A stretch of 64,000 nt of DNA from a virus (taxonomy: Duplodnaviria > Heunggongvirae > Uroviricota > Caudoviricetes): the IMG/VR virus record IMGVR_UViG_3300042892_003817; one strand, 5' to 3'. Below, piece by piece: positions 48,844-58,315 of this stretch. The translations under genes and the position numbers were made by a program. Numbering within the stretch: the stretch's first letter is position 1; each line of letters opens with the position of its first letter. Below the pieces are notes generated by a model that made no database searches, was not told the DNA's origin, and worked only from the letters and a program-made list of their open reading frames with translations.

Positions 48844-50070
48844 CTAATTAAATTTTCCTACTATCACTATTTCGTCTGCTCCTGAAAGAGTATACTTGAT
48901 GCTAGCGGTATCGAATACTACCACTATATCCCCACTTTCTTGAGAAACTGTTCTCTGACTATTTGGAATATAGGTACTGTTTATATAAATAGCAAAAGAT
49001 TCCTGAGTTATTGTGAAGCCAGGTGGAGGTATTGCAAATGCTTTACCTGAAAATACTGCTGTATCCCCACTTACAATACTTGTACCGGTTACTACTTCAG
49101 TGTTGTTAAGTGAGATAAATTCTATCTGTGCTGTTGTCATACTATTATCCTGTACTATAGTTACTGGGAGTTGATCATAAAACCTTGTTGAACCTGCTTT
49201 AGTTGAGGTTGTAGCTTGTCTCTGTAGGGAGGTGCTACTAGTTGCTGTTTCTATTCCAAAACTTACTGCAGCTTTGGAGAAAAACTTATTTGGATTACCT
49301 ACATTTGTATTAATTGCATCCGATACAATATACCCTGCTATTTTAATTTGAAAAGAAGTCTTTACTGTTCTGTCTCCTCCTTCAACTAATTCAGTTGTTG
49401 TTGAATAGTTATCAATTGCTGCTCTAAACTTAAATCTTTCTGGATCTCCCCAGTATGAATCTGATGCAAAGTTCACTGACTCTACTATCTTATTCATTTG
49501 CTCTACGTATTCTGTAAAAATAACACATGAGTAAACCAGGTTTACATAGTCCGGCATAATAACTCCGTAATATTCTTTAACAGGTTCTCTATTATTTAAA
49601 GTAGAAAATCTATCGTATACATTTTTTTGTGAATATTTTTTTTGAAATACTCCAAAATGTACAGGATTATTTGCATCCATTTTATTTCCAAGTGATCTAT
49701 TCTTTTCAATAGAATCTCTTTTAACCATTATAAGAGGTGTTTGAATCTTACCGTTTTTATCTCTGTAAAATCCATCTTTTTGCATTGCTGCCCATCTTTC
49801 TGGTGATCCATAAATAACCGGAACGTTTACTTTTATGCTGTTCTGAATTACTGATGGTCTAATTATATTGTTGAAGTAGTAGAATATAGATTCATCTACA
49901 TCTTTTAATCCTACTTGAAACTGCTTTACATCATCTCCTTTTACAGTTCTTTGATTCTCTCTTTTTTTATTAGCAGGTACAAGAGATTTACCTTGACTTA
50001 AGTAAGGTTGAATAGTCTCTTGAGACAATTCGACTTGTGATTTCGGTACAGGTTTTCTTGTTAATGCCAT
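48844..50070 (-). CDS. Tail terminator/sheath stabiliser (gp15-like) with C-terminal extension
   Basis: VPVIYGSPERW...P.I...R; position after neck genes. Confidence 0.65.
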   Translation of the reverse strand: MALTRKPVPKSQVELSQETIQPYLSQGKSLVPANKKRENQRTVKGDDVKQFQVGLKDVDESIFYYFNNIIRPSVIQNSIKVNVPVIYGSPERWAAMQKDGFYRDKNGKIQTPLIMVKRDSIEKNRSLGNKMDANNPVHFGVFQKKYSQKNVYDRFSTLNNREPVKEYYGVIMPDYVNLVYSCVIFTEYVEQMNKIVESVNFASDSYWGDPERFKFRAAIDNYSTTTELVEGGDRTVKTSFQIKIAGYIVSDAINTNVGNPNKFFSKAAVSFGIETATSSTSLQRQATTSTKAGSTRFYDQLPVTIVQDNSMTTAQIEFISLNNTEVVTGTSIVSGDTAVFSGKAFAIPPPGFTITQESFAIYINSTYIPNSQRTVSQESGDIVVVFDTASIKYTLSGADEIVIVGKFN

Positions 50071-50618
50071 TATAATATTGTATTTGCTTGTGTAGTTGCC
50101 GTTGTAATTGAATTAGAGTCTATTGGTGTTGCTTCATATCTTGAAACTATTCCAACTTTATCTGCTCTTGTTAAATGGCATACACATATAATAGAAAGTG
50201 TTCCTGCATAGTCTGGTCCGTAGTCAGTTAGGTTATAATTCTCGTCTCTACCTACAAATAGCTGGTTCTCTACAGTGTTATCTACTTCGTAGTAATCTTC
50301 TTGCCACTGTATAATATCCCCTACTTCAGGTACAGTATTTACATCTTTTAAATCTTCTCTTAAAAATTTAAAACTTGTAGATCTTCCTCTATCAGGTCCA
50401 AAATCATCTACAGACATTCCTGGCTCTCCTCTATCAATAAGACAATTAACTTTTACTGGTGACCAATAAACTTTTTCCTGAGCTTCTCCGTATATGTTTG
50501 CTTGAGTTTCTTCCAAAGACATTTTGTAATAGAGAATTTCTTGTTCTATTACATCTGATAATAACTCTCTGTTTATCTTTATAAGTAGATTAAAATCTCT
50601 TTGGCTTCCGAATATCAT
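50070..50618 (-). CDS. Neck protein (gp14-like head closure)
   Basis: N.YGE...K, P..GD.I.W....YEV; position. Confidence 0.65.
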   Translation of the reverse strand: MIFGSQRDFNLLIKINRELLSDVIEQEILYYKMSLEETQANIYGEAQEKVYWSPVKVNCLIDRGEPGMSVDDFGPDRGRSTSFKFLREDLKDVNTVPEVGDIIQWQEDYYEVDNTVENQLFVGRDENYNLTDYGPDYAGTLSIICVCHLTRADKVGIVSRYEATPIDSNSITTATTQANTIL

Positions 50619-50917
50619 TATTCTATTTTTTCAATTGATTTTAAAGACAAGTCTACCTTTTTAATATTAGGTACTAACTTAAATGTATCTTTTTTTAACT
50701 TTTCAAATACAACTGGACCTGGTTTGGCAGTTAATATTTTTACTTTTAGTACAACTATATTTCTATCTTCATCTGAATCAATAGCTGTAACTCTTGTAAC
50801 ACCTGGCATAGCTCTAACGAAATCTGCAACCTCTGAAGCTGTAATTTCATCTTTGTGACCAACCCTGATAAGGCCTTGGTATATTCCAAAAGTTACTTCG
50901 TTTATTAGTTTTCTCAT
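50618..50917 (-). CDS. Hypothetical protein
   Basis: 99-aa ORF with TAATG overlaps on both sides. Confidence 0.7.
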   Translation of the reverse strand: MRKLINEVTFGIYQGLIRVGHKDEITASEVADFVRAMPGVTRVTAIDSDEDRNIVVLKVKILTAKPGPVVFEKLKKDTFKLVPNIKKVDLSLKSIEKIE

Positions 50918-52119
50918 TATCCTACGTATATTAACATTGGTACTTTAGATAAAGCATCATTGATATATTGTGTTTGTGTTGCTTGTAAGGAAAGCTGGTT
51001 TGTTAGAGATGCTGTTTGCATTGTTGCTTTTAAAGATTCTACCAAAGTAGCTTTCTCTGTTCTTGCATCTGCTAATAAATCTGCTGCATTTAACCTAACT
51101 TCTGATCCTGGTACTGGTACTGTTTCGTACTTACCTCTAACGTATGCTAATATCTCTTTACAGGTAGCTGCTGCATACTTGAATATCCACTGACGTCCTA
51201 TTGCGTTTATTTCAGAGTATACTAAATTTTGTGCATTAGCATTTGACATATTGGTTGTTACACCTGTTGTTGAACTACTTCCTCCTGTTCCTGTTATTGC
51301 TCCAGAAGAATTTGCAGAAGCTGCAAATGAAATAGTATCACTTATGTATTGACCTGTTTTTTCACTGAGTATATAATACTGTACTTTTAATTTACCGGCT
51401 TTTGCTGGTACTGGAAATAAAGTTAATATATTATTATGAATCTCAAAAGAGTAAGTTGATTTTCTTATTTGATCGTTAAACTCAATTGCTTGTGTTTTTA
51501 ATACATCATAAGATGCTGGCATCAATAAGAAGTTTACCCCTGGTGAGAATGATCCAAAATCAAATGCATCCATAAGAGACTGAATACCTGTTCCTGTTCC
51601 TGCATATGGGTCAAAGTATCTCATAATAGCAGGAGGTGCTTCGTAAAATACTTTTCGTATTTCAATTGCTCCTTGTCCTATTAGAGTTGTAAGGTTATAG
51701 TCTTGTTGGTTTGCTACAAGATCAATCATTGCTGTTCTTAGGGTAACTGGTCCTCCTACTCCTGCTTCTGTTCCGTATTGTGCACTTGTTAGAATTACAT
51801 TCTGTAAACTAGGTCTAAATATAGTTTGATTTACAGCTGAACCTCCAGCACTTCCTCCTAATTGGGAAGATAATGTCTCTGCAGTTATAGCTTCTATTAC
51901 TTCTTTTCCGTAAGCAGTAACTGCTTCTTCAAAAGCTGCGTAAAGTTGTCTTTCGTGTAATTCTATATCTAGTACCGGCCATCCTAATTTCTCAGCACAA
52001 TAACGTGCTACCTTAGGTGCATCTTCTTGGAAAGATAAGTCATCATCATAAAAGCCAAAGGGAGTTGATTCCCCTGCTATGAAGTTTGTACTACCATCCC
52101 AGATTTGAATATTTGCCAT
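50917..52119 (-). CDS. Neck protein (gp13-like head-tail adaptor)
   Basis: LG.PV.DIEL...Q......EA; W...Y..A..KE.L..VRGKY...P..G..V.LN...L. Confidence 0.8.
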   Translation of the reverse strand: MANIQIWDGSTNFIAGESTPFGFYDDDLSFQEDAPKVARYCAEKLGWPVLDIELHERQLYAAFEEAVTAYGKEVIEAITAETLSSQLGGSAGGSAVNQTIFRPSLQNVILTSAQYGTEAGVGGPVTLRTAMIDLVANQQDYNLTTLIGQGAIEIRKVFYEAPPAIMRYFDPYAGTGTGIQSLMDAFDFGSFSPGVNFLLMPASYDVLKTQAIEFNDQIRKSTYSFEIHNNILTLFPVPAKAGKLKVQYYILSEKTGQYISDTISFAASANSSGAITGTGGSSSTTGVTTNMSNANAQNLVYSEINAIGRQWIFKYAAATCKEILAYVRGKYETVPVPGSEVRLNAADLLADARTEKATLVESLKATMQTASLTNQLSLQATQTQYINDALSKVPMLIYVG

Positions 52120-52131
52120 GTTTTAAAAAGT

Positions 52132-52551
52132 TTAAGTAGTTACTACTAAGTATCCAATAGTAGCTTCTGAGTCAACTGGAGAAGCTTTTACTGATCTTAA
52201 ATCTCCATATGTAAAGTTATTAAACTGACCGCTTACGTATTCTGAATTAAATATAAAGCTACCGCTTCCTCGAAGTAGGAAGTTGAATTGATGTGTTGAA
52301 CCAGATAGTTGTAAATTAACAGATCCTGTTGAAAGATTTGAAATTCTAGCATACCTTACACTGCTTGATACAAAAGTACCTGCTCCTGGAAGTGCTGCTA
52401 AGTTAATAATCTCAGTCATTGATCCTGAAGGTACTGACATTACTCTGCTATCTGCATAGTTAACACCTGTTATAGATGTTTCAAAGTTTGTACCTCTTTC
52501 AACTCCGTTTAATTTAAGTCTTTCTCGTATAAAGTATGTAAATTTTGCCAT
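52132..52551 (-). CDS. Hypothetical protein
   Basis: ATG at 52551 preferred over TTG at 52557; TATTTATA at 52568-52575. Confidence 0.7.
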   Translation of the reverse strand: MAKFTYFIRERLKLNGVERGTNFETSITGVNYADSRVMSVPSGSMTEIINLAALPGAGTFVSSSVRYARISNLSTGSVNLQLSGSTHQFNFLLRGSGSFIFNSEYVSGQFNNFTYGDLRSVKASPVDSEATIGYLVVTT

Positions 52552-52585
52552 TACCAAATAGTTTATTTATAAATAGCGACTTACT

Positions 52586-53272
52586 TTAATCCCTAAAATC
52601 TTGATATACCTTTAGTATAGGTGCTACAATCTCATGTCTGTGATTAGCTTTTAAAGCAAATACTCTAAAACCTTTTACTTGCTCTTCAATTCTTGTAAGA
52701 AAAGAAAATCCTGTTTCTTTCTTTACTTTTAAATCTATTTGAGCTAAATCCCCGCAGATTACCATTTTAGAATTTTTACCAAGTCTCCCCAATACTGTTT
52801 CCATTTGATCTTGAGTAACGTTTTGTGCCTCATCTACAATTACAAAAGAGTTAACAAATGTTCTACCTCTCATAAATGCAAATGGTACAATTTCAATATT
52901 TCCGTATTCCAATTCTTTATCTACTTTATCTTTTCCGTATAGCATATAAAGGTTGTGGTATATTGGTGCTAACCACGGATCCATCTTTTCTTTAAGATCG
53001 CCTGGTAAAAAGCCTAATTCTTCCTTAGCCACTGTAGGTCTTGTGATAACAATCTTCTCTACCTCTTTACAGAATAACATATCTAGAGCTGCTTGTACTG
53101 CTACTAAAGTCTTTCCTGAACCTGCCATTCCTTTTAGAACGACTACTGGATTTTCTACGATAAGTGCTTTTGCTAATTTTTGTTCGTCATTAAGTTGGAG
53201 TTGAAACTTAATTGGGTTTTTTGGTTTTCTCTTTGGAGTAAAAACCTCATCGGTGTGATGGTTAGAAGCCAT
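52586..53272 (-). CDS. phoH: PhoH-family ATPase
   Basis: GMAGSGKT, ITRP, GFLPG...EKM.P, MRGRTF, DEAQN, GD..Q.D. Confidence 0.95.
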   Translation of the reverse strand: MASNHHTDEVFTPKRKPKNPIKFQLQLNDEQKLAKALIVENPVVVLKGMAGSGKTLVAVQAALDMLFCKEVEKIVITRPTVAKEELGFLPGDLKEKMDPWLAPIYHNLYMLYGKDKVDKELEYGNIEIVPFAFMRGRTFVNSFVIVDEAQNVTQDQMETVLGRLGKNSKMVICGDLAQIDLKVKKETGFSFLTRIEEQVKGFRVFALKANHRHEIVAPILKVYQDFRD

Positions 53273-53307
53273 AAATATAAACTGTATTTGTTTACAATAA
53301 ATATACG

Positions 53308-53332
53308 AAAAAAGCCTAGTAAAAACTAGGCT
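53308..53332 (-). terminator. Intrinsic terminator
   Basis: AGCCTAGT-TTTT-ACTAGGCT then T-tract. Confidence 0.75.
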
Positions 53333-53341
53333 CTCTGTTGT

Positions 53342-53602
53342 TTATTTCTTTTCTCCTAATCCGCAGACTGTATCTGCAATTGGATTTGGAATTACTGTGT
53401 TAAAGTAATTAAACTTATCTTCTATAAATTTATCTATTAATTCAATAGACAATCCTTCTTGTTTTTCAATATCGTAACTAATATATGTTTGATTATTTAG
53501 TGTAAATATTTCTTTGACCATCATTCTAGTTCCTTCTACATTAAATATGTCTCCTAGATTGATTGTACGGTTTTCTAAAGTGTATGATGCTTGTCTTCCC
53601 AT
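53342..53602 (-). CDS. Hypothetical protein
   Basis: 86-aa ORF. Confidence 0.6.
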   Translation of the reverse strand: MGRQASYTLENRTINLGDIFNVEGTRMMVKEIFTLNNQTYISYDIEKQEGLSIELIDKFIEDKFNYFNTVIPNPIADTVCGLGEKK

Positions 53603-53606
53603 ATTA

Positions 53607-54206
53607 CTATATTACTACTCCTGTACAAGGATTTATTGTTAAAAAGTTATTTTCTGGACATCCGCTGTAGACCTCTGTTCCGTCTAGTTTTAATGTAACC
53701 CATGTTACATTAGAGTGACATCCTCCTAATCCCCATCCATAGTCTACATCAATAGGGGTAGCACATATTAGAGATAGAGATATGTTACTGTCTTCTGATG
53801 TTGTTGCTATTTCTTGAACTTGCTCTGGTGTTAGTGTTAGTACGTTATATCGATTAGGTCCAGATGTTTCTCCTGGCGGGTAGTTAAATTGATCTGTTAC
53901 TCCACCTGTATTACTTAAATAGACTGTACCTACTGTTGTTGTATTTGCTCTTAAGTAAAAAGTTGCTGCATCACAGCTGTGCCCTCCCGGGCATTCTCCC
54001 AATTCATCATTATACTGTACTATAAACTCCAAAGAACTTAAGCAATTAGATATTGCTGAAGGTATAGGACCTTTATTTTGATGAATAGTCCATTCGTTAA
54101 GTGATACCAGGTATTCATGGTAATGCTGCATTTGCCTGTTTTCGTCTAAGTTTCTTATTGAATCTAAAGACCTAAATTGCTGCCAGGTTAATTCTCCTAC
54201 AATCAT
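53607..54206 (-). CDS. Hypothetical Cys-containing protein, possibly capsid accessory
   Basis: 199-aa ORF after MCP with own TATTTATA motif (54220-54227). Confidence 0.6.
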   Translation of the reverse strand: MIVGELTWQQFRSLDSIRNLDENRQMQHYHEYLVSLNEWTIHQNKGPIPSAISNCLSSLEFIVQYNDELGECPGGHSCDAATFYLRANTTTVGTVYLSNTGGVTDQFNYPPGETSGPNRYNVLTLTPEQVQEIATTSEDSNISLSLICATPIDVDYGWGLGGCHSNVTWVTLKLDGTEVYSGCPENNFLTINPCTGVVI

Positions 54207-54243
54207 ATTATCTATTTTATATAAATATACGAAATTATCTTAT

Positions 54244-54272
54244 AAAAAAAAAGAGAGCTTTTAGCTCTCTTT
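54244..54272 (-). terminator. Intrinsic terminator after major capsid gene
   Basis: AAGAGAGCT-AAA-AGCTCTCTT then long T-tract. Confidence 0.85.
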
Positions 54273-54293
54273 AATTTATTATTCTGTAGTAAA

Positions 54294-55919
54294 TTATACA
54301 GTAGCGATATCGCTAACGAAGATTTTACCGTAGAATTCTGGTCTGATCATTTTCTTAGCGTAACGAGTCATGATACCTTTTACTGGTGTAAAGGTTTCTG
54401 GATTGTACACTAATGGAGTCATGATTAATGGAATATATGGAGCATAAACTGCACCAGTTTCCAAGAATTGAGATCCTCTGTAACCTAATAAGATTACGTT
54501 TTCAGTCATGTAAGGGTTTTTGTAAACTCTGAAACGAGAATTCAAGTTACCTACTTTCTGAACTCCCATTGCAAAGTCCATTTTGTCACCGTTTGTATCT
54601 GCTGCATATCCTGGAATTGATTCTAAGATTGTAGCTACAGTTGGAGAACATACTAAGAAGTTAGCTCCACCTCTTAAAGTTTTTTGGTGAATTTTGTTAG
54701 ATACTTTTTGTACTTTAGTACCTAAAGTTCCGAACCATTGACCTTGAGTGTTGTAGAAACTAGTTCCTGCATTGAATGTACCTGTTTCCCAAGCATTAGT
54801 TGATGGGTTCCAGTTTTTGTTGTTAACTGCTGACCATCTTTCAGTTGTAGCTGCATCTTGGATTAACATATCCATTAACTCTAAGTCAATCTCCATAGAG
54901 ATGTACTCTGATAATAATGAAGTTAATTCTGCTTCAGCATCAATTGAATGGTAAGAGTTAAGATCTTGTGCGAACTCTGGAGTCCATTGTGCTTTTAATT
55001 TTCTTGTTTTAGCAACGATAGCTTCAGAAGCTAATGATACGTTGATTTCAGGAATTTTAATAGTTCCGTTGTTGTTTCCTGCTGGGTTAGTTCCTCCGTC
55101 TTCGAAGTCACCTCTTGATCTGTCAGTTGGTTGCATTTGGTATTTTACAGTAGCTGTGAAAGATCCTGTAGTGATTCCTGATGCTAATCCTACGAATTTC
55201 ACATATTCTCCTGCTGCAGAAGAAGATAAGAAAGTAAGTTCTGGGTTAGAAGTTACATCTACTGAAGCAGAGTAAAGTCTGAATGCTCTAACACCTTTAG
55301 GATCGAATCCTGCGATACTTCCTGTTCCGAATGCTAATGTAAAATAGTTTGAAGGATTTATTCCATCTTGGTATGCGATAGAAGAAGATACTGCTGATCC
55401 AGTAGTACTGTAAACTCCTGCAGAAGATGCAGAGTTGATTGAGTAACCAAATTGACCTGCTCCGTATAAACCTCCTGATGGATCAACATCTACTCCAATT
55501 TTAGAGTTAGCTGTAGAAACGTTACCGTAAAGGTTATCCCCGTCTGTTCTACCTACTGCGTTTGTACCGTATTTAAAGTCTAAGTAAAATACAAGTCCTG
55601 AAGGTAAGTTCATTGGTTGTACAGAAACGAAATCTTTAGCTGCGATTTGAGCGAATACTTTACGTACTAATGGTAAAGCTACTCCAGCCCATTGCTCAGC
55701 ACCACCTGTAGAAGTACCCATTGCACCTGTACCTGTAGTATTTTCTGATACGATTTGTTTTGCTTGATTCTCAAGAATCATAGCCATGTTGTTTCTTTCG
55801 ATTTCGTTAGAAATTCCTTCTAACAAACCTGATTTGGCCCATTTACCAGACAAACGAGCTGCATCAGCTTGTAAAGTCTTATAGTTGTTCGCCCCTTCGA
55901 ATAATTGATTTAATTCCAT
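54294..55919 (-). CDS. Major capsid protein (T4 gp23-like)
   Basis: VSVQPM..PSG.VF..DF.Y, AKTRKLKA.WT.E.AQDL, GY.G.....G..YAPY.P, F.P..G..TRY. Confidence 0.97.
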   Translation of the reverse strand: MELNQLFEGANNYKTLQADAARLSGKWAKSGLLEGISNEIERNNMAMILENQAKQIVSENTTGTGAMGTSTGGAEQWAGVALPLVRKVFAQIAAKDFVSVQPMNLPSGLVFYLDFKYGTNAVGRTDGDNLYGNVSTANSKIGVDVDPSGGLYGAGQFGYSINSASSAGVYSTTGSAVSSSIAYQDGINPSNYFTLAFGTGSIAGFDPKGVRAFRLYSASVDVTSNPELTFLSSSAAGEYVKFVGLASGITTGSFTATVKYQMQPTDRSRGDFEDGGTNPAGNNNGTIKIPEINVSLASEAIVAKTRKLKAQWTPEFAQDLNSYHSIDAEAELTSLLSEYISMEIDLELMDMLIQDAATTERWSAVNNKNWNPSTNAWETGTFNAGTSFYNTQGQWFGTLGTKVQKVSNKIHQKTLRGGANFLVCSPTVATILESIPGYAADTNGDKMDFAMGVQKVGNLNSRFRVYKNPYMTENVILLGYRGSQFLETGAVYAPYIPLIMTPLVYNPETFTPVKGIMTRYAKKMIRPEFYGKIFVSDIATV

Positions 55920-55945
55920 TGTGGTTTTTTGTGTTTTTTATTTTT

Positions 55946-57334
55946 TTATTTAATAATTCCTGCTAACTTCTGCCATCTTGATACTTGCTCAGATACTTCT
56001 GATAAGATTTCTTTTGGTGCAGTTGTGTTTGCGTTACCTGTTGCTTTAGAAGCAAAAGATCTGTGCTCTTTTAATGCGGCTGGTTTAGTAACTACATTTT
56101 TAGAAACTGTTTCGAAAACTAATTTTACTTCCTTAACTGTTTCGGCTTTGTCAAATGCTGCGATAACATTTACTTTTTGACCTTCAGATAAGTTAGTTGA
56201 TTTGAATACTTTATTTACATAAAGTAATTTTGCATTTAGAAGATTAACTTCTTGAAGTTGGTTTCTTAAGATTTTAACTGTCTTTAAAGCTTCGTTTAAT
56301 TCTTCAGACTCTTCAGATACGTTTCTTGCTCCTGCTGCTGCACTACCAACATCGGATAATTTATCTCCGATTTGTTTTCCTTTTTCACCAAAAACTCCGT
56401 TTTTAGCCATTTCGTGTACTTTAGCCATGATAGCAGATAATCCTGTAAGACCTGCTGCTCCTAAAGCTCCAACTACTAATTGTGCAGTTTGGTTAGTTAA
56501 GAATGGGAAAGCATCAATAAGTTGATAGATAATATCGATATTTTCATCTATATTTTCTTCTTCATTTACTGCTTCAACACCTTCTCTGTTTTGGGTAACT
56601 TTGGCTGCTGCACCACCTGCTGCTTGTAATTTTTCAGCAAAAGCTTTACCTGTTGTTCCAAATTTACCTGCTAGGGCCATATCCATTACTTTAGCAGCAA
56701 TTGCAGAAAATCCTGCTAGACCTGCTGCACCAAGTGCTCCTATAACTAATGATGCGGTTTGCATAGTTAAGAATGGAAACATTTCAACAAGCTGTGCTGC
56801 TCCTTCGATATACTCCGGTCCCATTTCGTTTATGTTCTCTTCTTTAACCTCTTCCTTGTCCATTTCGTCCAATTCTGCTAATAATTCGTTAATATCGATC
56901 TCTTCTGAATCACCATCCATACTTACCATATCTTCTTCTCCTGCTGGAGCTTCTTCGCCTGGTAATTCTTCTTCTGATTCGTCATGACCTACTTCTTGTG
57001 CAACGATATCTCTAATTAGATCTTTCAAGTCTTCAACAGACATATCTTCGATTTCTAATTCTTCTTCTTCGTTACCTTCTTCTTCTTCACCAGCTTCTTC
57101 TTCAGCTCCTTCTTCTCCTTCTCCTGCTTCTACCTCTTCTTCTTCAGCTTCATAGATGTTTTCTTCAACTACCTCATCTTCTTTATCTTCCATTTCTTGC
57201 AACTTTTGAGCAAGCATTTCTTTTAAGTGTGGAGTTAATGTTTCTTCTAAAGCTTCTTTAGCGTTGGCAATTGCAGCTTCACGAATAGTTTTCGCTTCAG
57301 CAATAGCTTGCTTTAATAAATCTTTGTTTGACAT
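55946..57334 (-). CDS. Prohead scaffolding protein (gp22-like) with duplicated hydrophobic insert
   Basis: Very acidic N-half, coiled-coil C-half (L.EVNLLNAKLLY.NK); directly upstream of MCP. Confidence 0.8.
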   Translation of the reverse strand: MSNKDLLKQAIAEAKTIREAAIANAKEALEETLTPHLKEMLAQKLQEMEDKEDEVVEENIYEAEEEEVEAGEGEEGAEEEAGEEEEGNEEEELEIEDMSVEDLKDLIRDIVAQEVGHDESEEELPGEEAPAGEEDMVSMDGDSEEIDINELLAELDEMDKEEVKEENINEMGPEYIEGAAQLVEMFPFLTMQTASLVIGALGAAGLAGFSAIAAKVMDMALAGKFGTTGKAFAEKLQAAGGAAAKVTQNREGVEAVNEEENIDENIDIIYQLIDAFPFLTNQTAQLVVGALGAAGLTGLSAIMAKVHEMAKNGVFGEKGKQIGDKLSDVGSAAAGARNVSEESEELNEALKTVKILRNQLQEVNLLNAKLLYVNKVFKSTNLSEGQKVNVIAAFDKAETVKEVKLVFETVSKNVVTKPAALKEHRSFASKATGNANTTAPKEILSEVSEQVSRWQKLAGIIK

Positions 57335-57459
57335 TTTAATTTGTGTTTGTTTGTCGTACGCTTATTAAGTAGTAGCGTAATAATGTTTTACTTTGTAGTA
57401 GATATCACATAAGGATCGTGATATATTCTTAAATAAATATACATATATTTTTAAAACAT

Positions 57460-57486
57460 AAAAAACCCACCTTTATGGGGTGGGCT
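57460..57486 (-). terminator. Intrinsic terminator (twin of 63889-63916)
   Basis: AGCCCACC-CCATAAA-GGTGGGTTTTTT. Confidence 0.75.
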
Positions 57487-57492
57487 GTGTTT

Positions 57493-57732
57493 TTATTTTA
57501 AAAGACTTACTATGTAGTCTAATATGTCTTGCTTTGCTTGAGGAATATCTTCTGGCTCTGTCATAGGTCCGTTTTTCCATTCTTCCCAAGCTAATTGTAT
57601 TGCTTCTATTGCTTCATCAAAACGAGGTCCCATCACTTCTACGTATCCTCCTCCTTCTTGCACTGTATTTTCTTTTAGTAATTTTGTCAAGTGTTTAGCT
57701 TGCCAATTGTGTATGTCGAAATTATTTTCCAT
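57493..57732 (-). CDS. Small head-region hypothetical protein
   Basis: 79-aa ORF overlapping protease stop. Confidence 0.65.
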   Translation of the reverse strand: MENNFDIHNWQAKHLTKLLKENTVQEGGGYVEVMGPRFDEAIEAIQLAWEEWKNGPMTEPEDIPQAKQDILDYIVSLLK

Positions 57733-58310
57733 TATGCTCTTAATATATTGTTAATAATAGAATCTAATCTATCGTATTTTCCTACTGATTGTTTTCCTTC
57801 GTTTAGTGAAATTGGATTCATAAAAGCTCCTTGTGTTGATGGATTAGAAACGAAATCCCAACATACTAATTCAAAATCATCCTGTACCATTAAAGTTCCT
57901 TCATTGGTTTGTGATACTGATCCTGTTCCTCTTGAAGAGATTCCAATTGTATGTCCTCCTCTTAATATTTCTTTTACGATATTTCCTGAGGGTGTATTTA
58001 GTAATTCAACTTTACCCATCAAGTCATCTCCATCCCACCATAAGTCTTTTACAACGTGTGATGCGTTTTTTAAAGAGACAATTGCTGATTCTGGATGATC
58101 TAATTCTCCGTATGCATTTCCTATCTTAACAAAATTCTCTACATAATTTTTTACTTCTTCTTCAAGAATTTCTCTTTTGTAGATTCTTCCGTTTTGATTC
58201 TTAGCTCCTGCTCTCTGCATAATGCCTGTTACTTCGAATACTCCGGGTTTAGCCTTTGATTCGGTAAGCATTCCTTTGAAAGGAGTTACATTTACTAATA
58301 AATTGTTCAT
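57732..58310 (-). CDS. Prohead core protease (gp21-like)
   Basis: N.NGR.Y, GELDHP, GISSRG.GS, CWD.VS.PST..A. Confidence 0.95.
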   Translation of the reverse strand: MNNLLVNVTPFKGMLTESKAKPGVFEVTGIMQRAGAKNQNGRIYKREILEEEVKNYVENFVKIGNAYGELDHPESAIVSLKNASHVVKDLWWDGDDLMGKVELLNTPSGNIVKEILRGGHTIGISSRGTGSVSQTNEGTLMVQDDFELVCWDFVSNPSTQGAFMNPISLNEGKQSVGKYDRLDSIINNILRA

Positions 58311-58315
58311 CTTTC

